DNA from: Ramazzottius varieornatus
Taxonomy: Eukaryota; Animalia; Tardigrada
Reading direction: 5' to 3'
NCBI GenBank assembly: GCA_001949185.1
Contig: BDGG01000009.1
Location: forward strand, 609,624-673,623
Length of the DNA stretch: 64,000 bases
Positions 61,690 through 64,000 of the stretch are shown here, one piece after another; within the stretch, counting starts at the first letter, position 1; each line of letters begins with the position of its first letter. The notes below the pieces were generated by a model. The model was not told where the DNA came from and searched no databases. It saw only the letters and a list, made by a program, of their open reading frames with translations. The position numbers and the translations under genes are program-made.

Positions 61690-64000
61690 ATGGCGCGGTC
61701 CGTCGACAGGATATGGATGCACAGAAAGTGGAGCCTACTTGTTGTCCTACTATCCCTGTCCAAATCTCACGGCCAATTTAACCAGTTCCCCCAGAATATT
61801 GATAACTCTGGAGCTAACCCCTTCAACAAACCTTTCAGTGATCCCTTCAGCAACTTCCAAGCCCCAGGTAACCAGCACAGCAAGCTAGACATCAAATTAA
61901 TCAGGGATTCCAGCGAATAATTTCACCCAGATTAATTCACGCATGCTCTCGGCCAATTACAGTGTAAGCGTGCTCCACTTGGGATAACGATTTGGGAAAC
62001 TATTTTACCGACGTTTCCTTTCCCGTTTCAGCAACACTTCTTATTCGTAAATGTTCGAGAGCGGAAACGTAAAAAGTATCTACGAATCTGATTTTGCAAT
62101 GACTTAAAGTTATTAAACTGGCATCAGGCAAACTCATCACAACTCGTTCTATTTCGTGTAGCACTTTTCTGCGAGCTTTTTTCCTACGATTTATCGTGAT
62201 GATATCACTCAATTTTGATCCTGAGAAAGCTTTCATACATTCTCCTCTACGTTGCCTAAATTTTCCATTTTCTGTTCTTGAAGAACCAAAGCTGAATCTG
62301 AACGACCAAAGACCGGACTATGTACCGCATGAGTCTCCTTCGCAGTATCGCGACAGCGCGTTTGAAGACCGTCAACTTCCGGGTTCAGCAGATGGCTTCA
62401 GTTTGCCGGGCAATCAATTTACCGGTCAAGCTGAACCTGCGCAACAGTTCGGCATGCCTGAAATGCGCCAGCTGCCGCTGCCCCAGCTGCCCAGTCCCGG
62501 TGTTCAGCAGTTCCCCAACGTCCAGCTGCCCAACTTCCAAGAGCCTCAGTTCCAAATCCCCCAACAAAACTTTGGCGGTCTCCCTGACACCATGAACAGT
62601 GGTGGTTTCGGTAACGGTGGTTTCGGTAACGGTGGTTTCGGTAGCGGTGGCTTCGGTAACGGTGGCTTCAATGCCGGACCAGGCTGGCCCACCAACAACC
62701 CTCAAGGCGGACAAGCCATGGGACCAGTGGGCGCTGGACAGTTCGAAGTACCCGGCATGCAAGGCCAGAACCCCATGCAGCAAATCAATCAAGGCAGTCA
62801 GATGGACTTTAGTGGTCAACCCATCAACCAACAGTTTCAACAGAACCAATTTCAGCCACAGGCCAATACCGATGATCGACCACGCTTCCAAGCAGGTCGA
62901 CCTCAGCAACGAAACAACCAGTTCGGACAACCGGCCGAACAGCAACAGTTGCAAGAACAACAGCAAGAGTTTAAGGGTGAACAAAACTCATTCAATGGGG
63001 AAATTTCCACCGCGGCGGACAATAATCCAGCCATGGTTGGCTCCGTCAAGGTTGTGCCGATGGAAGTTGGGCCACTAAGCTCGCGACGCAATCGTAACCG
63101 CAACAAGCAACCCGACAACGAGAACCCGGAACAAGGTAACGAAGAGATCGCCACGCCTTCATCGATACCTGAAGGCCTGAAAGAAATCTCCAGCCATGGC
63201 GGTATGCCCGATTGCGGCTTCCACGGACTAGAGACCTGGCAGAAGAGTCCTTGTGAAACCTGCTCGTGCCGCAAGGGTATCACCACCTGTAAGAAACTGG
63301 AGTGCGAAGAGAAACCTGACGATTCGTCATGCATCCCTGTCTACAAACTCAGCAACTGCTGTCCGACTTTCCAGTGCTGTAAGTATCAAAGCTTCATTCG
63401 ACAACCATTGGCTATAAAACACTAAAATAATTTCCAAGTAGCATTGTTAACCTGGAAAAATTACGGAGAAAGTGCGTTACGGATCAATTTCGTCACGGTG
63501 TTTGGACATGCAGATGAAAACCATAGAAAAAAACACTCGTTTCTTATTTTTACTTCCCACTTGAATATTCAAGGTTTAATGGATTGGTTCAATTATATTT
63601 TACTGTGTTTTTATAGCGAACAATACTTCTCGCGGTGAGCTGCCCACGGTGGACGCCCAGCCTTTGAAAGGTATGAACCTTCACTTCGAATTCAACTGGG
63701 AGGTCAGCAGACCGAACGCACAAGATCGTCGTCGTCTAAGTGGCGTACGTCAACGTTGTTACTGGCTGAGCCATGCGCCACTTGGAAGAGAAACGGTCTT
63801 GTCGAGTTATTTTCCCCAGTGGCGCACGTTGCCGCTATTACTGGCTGAAAGTGTACGCCACTTAAACATAACCTCGAACGTTTCGTTTGCCGACCTCCCT
63901 TTTCGAAGCATGACAGTAAAAAGCGAGATCATTAAAAAATTAGCCATCCTATTCTCGTTTGTAGAAGGTGATCCTTGCACCGAGGTTGGAAAATTCCTAC
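61690..64000 (+). CDS. Secreted Gln/Gly/Phe-rich protein with a VWC (von Willebrand factor C) domain; runs off the window
   Basis: Signal peptide WSLLVVLLSLSKSHG; exon ~62284-63378 with GGFGN repeats and ETWQKSPCETCSCRKGITTCKKLEC...C......CCPTFQC. Confidence 0.75.
63698..63899. repeat. Doublet palindromic element, GGGAGGTC arm type, VWC gene intron
   Basis: GGGAGGTCAGCAGACCGAACG...two cores (63739-63782, 63818-63862)...CGTTTCGTTTGCCGACCTCCC. Confidence 0.9.

Larger units (their letters stand above)
4311..63862. repeat. Dispersed palindromic element family, core AGTGGCGCAC-N25-GTGCGCCACT; ~38 loci, ~51 core units
   Basis: First-core starts (x2 = doublet): 4311, 6563, 9495x2, 11420x2, 12721, 14192x2, 15013x2, 16136, 18666, 21105, 21743x2, 23098, 24369x2, 25991, 26766, 27848x2, 29619, 31648, 32183, 35698, 36658(split), 37552, 38580x2, 41077, 41831, 44841, 46029, 46632x2, 47495, 50777, 51431, 53819x2, 55642x2, 57593x2, 58760, 60541, 61935, 63739x2. 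Confidence 0.92.

Noticed and set aside
4311-63862. Palindromic repeats as a CRISPR array or bacterial REP/integron attC system
   Set aside because: The context is eukaryotic and intron-rich, copies are dispersed at kb distances, spacers are homologous to each other, and no cas, integrase or RAYT gene is visible.
1-64000. tRNA, rRNA or snRNA genes
   Set aside because: No cloverleaf with a GTTCRA T-loop or other recognisable structural RNA was found by eye; a tRNAscan-SE/Infernal run is needed to exclude them.

Overview
Gene-dense eukaryotic (invertebrate metazoan) DNA with many short spliceosomal introns. YLPP-motif and Gly/Gln-rich secreted proteins suggest a compact panarthropod genome such as a tardigrade; this is inference, and the species is not established. 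Spliced genes reconstructed by eye: DGCR6-like, calreticulin plus a divergent tandem paralog, a 4-TM membrane protein, fructosamine/ketosamine-3-kinase, a STMP1-like microprotein, a PhyH-fold protein lacking its iron ligands, CDC20/fizzy, thymidine phosphorylase, a class A GPCR, a stand-alone ZP-N protein, a VWC protein, and several low-complexity secreted proteins. Mobile DNA: two pogo/DDE_1 transposase relics (one with ~117-bp TIRs), three TIR-bounded MITE-like elements and a (TTA)n-tailed retro-insertion. The most striking signal is a dispersed ~120-bp palindromic element whose core is AGTGGCGCAC-N25-GTGCGCCACT. I count about 38 loci and 51 core units, roughly one locus per 1.6 kb. About 30 loci are in introns and none is in a coding exon. 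The 10-bp cores and the 25-nt spacer length are conserved while the outer arms are eroded, which suggests a MITE-derived, possibly functional lattice of dimeric protein-binding sites. All counts and exon boundaries are manual and should be verified computationally.
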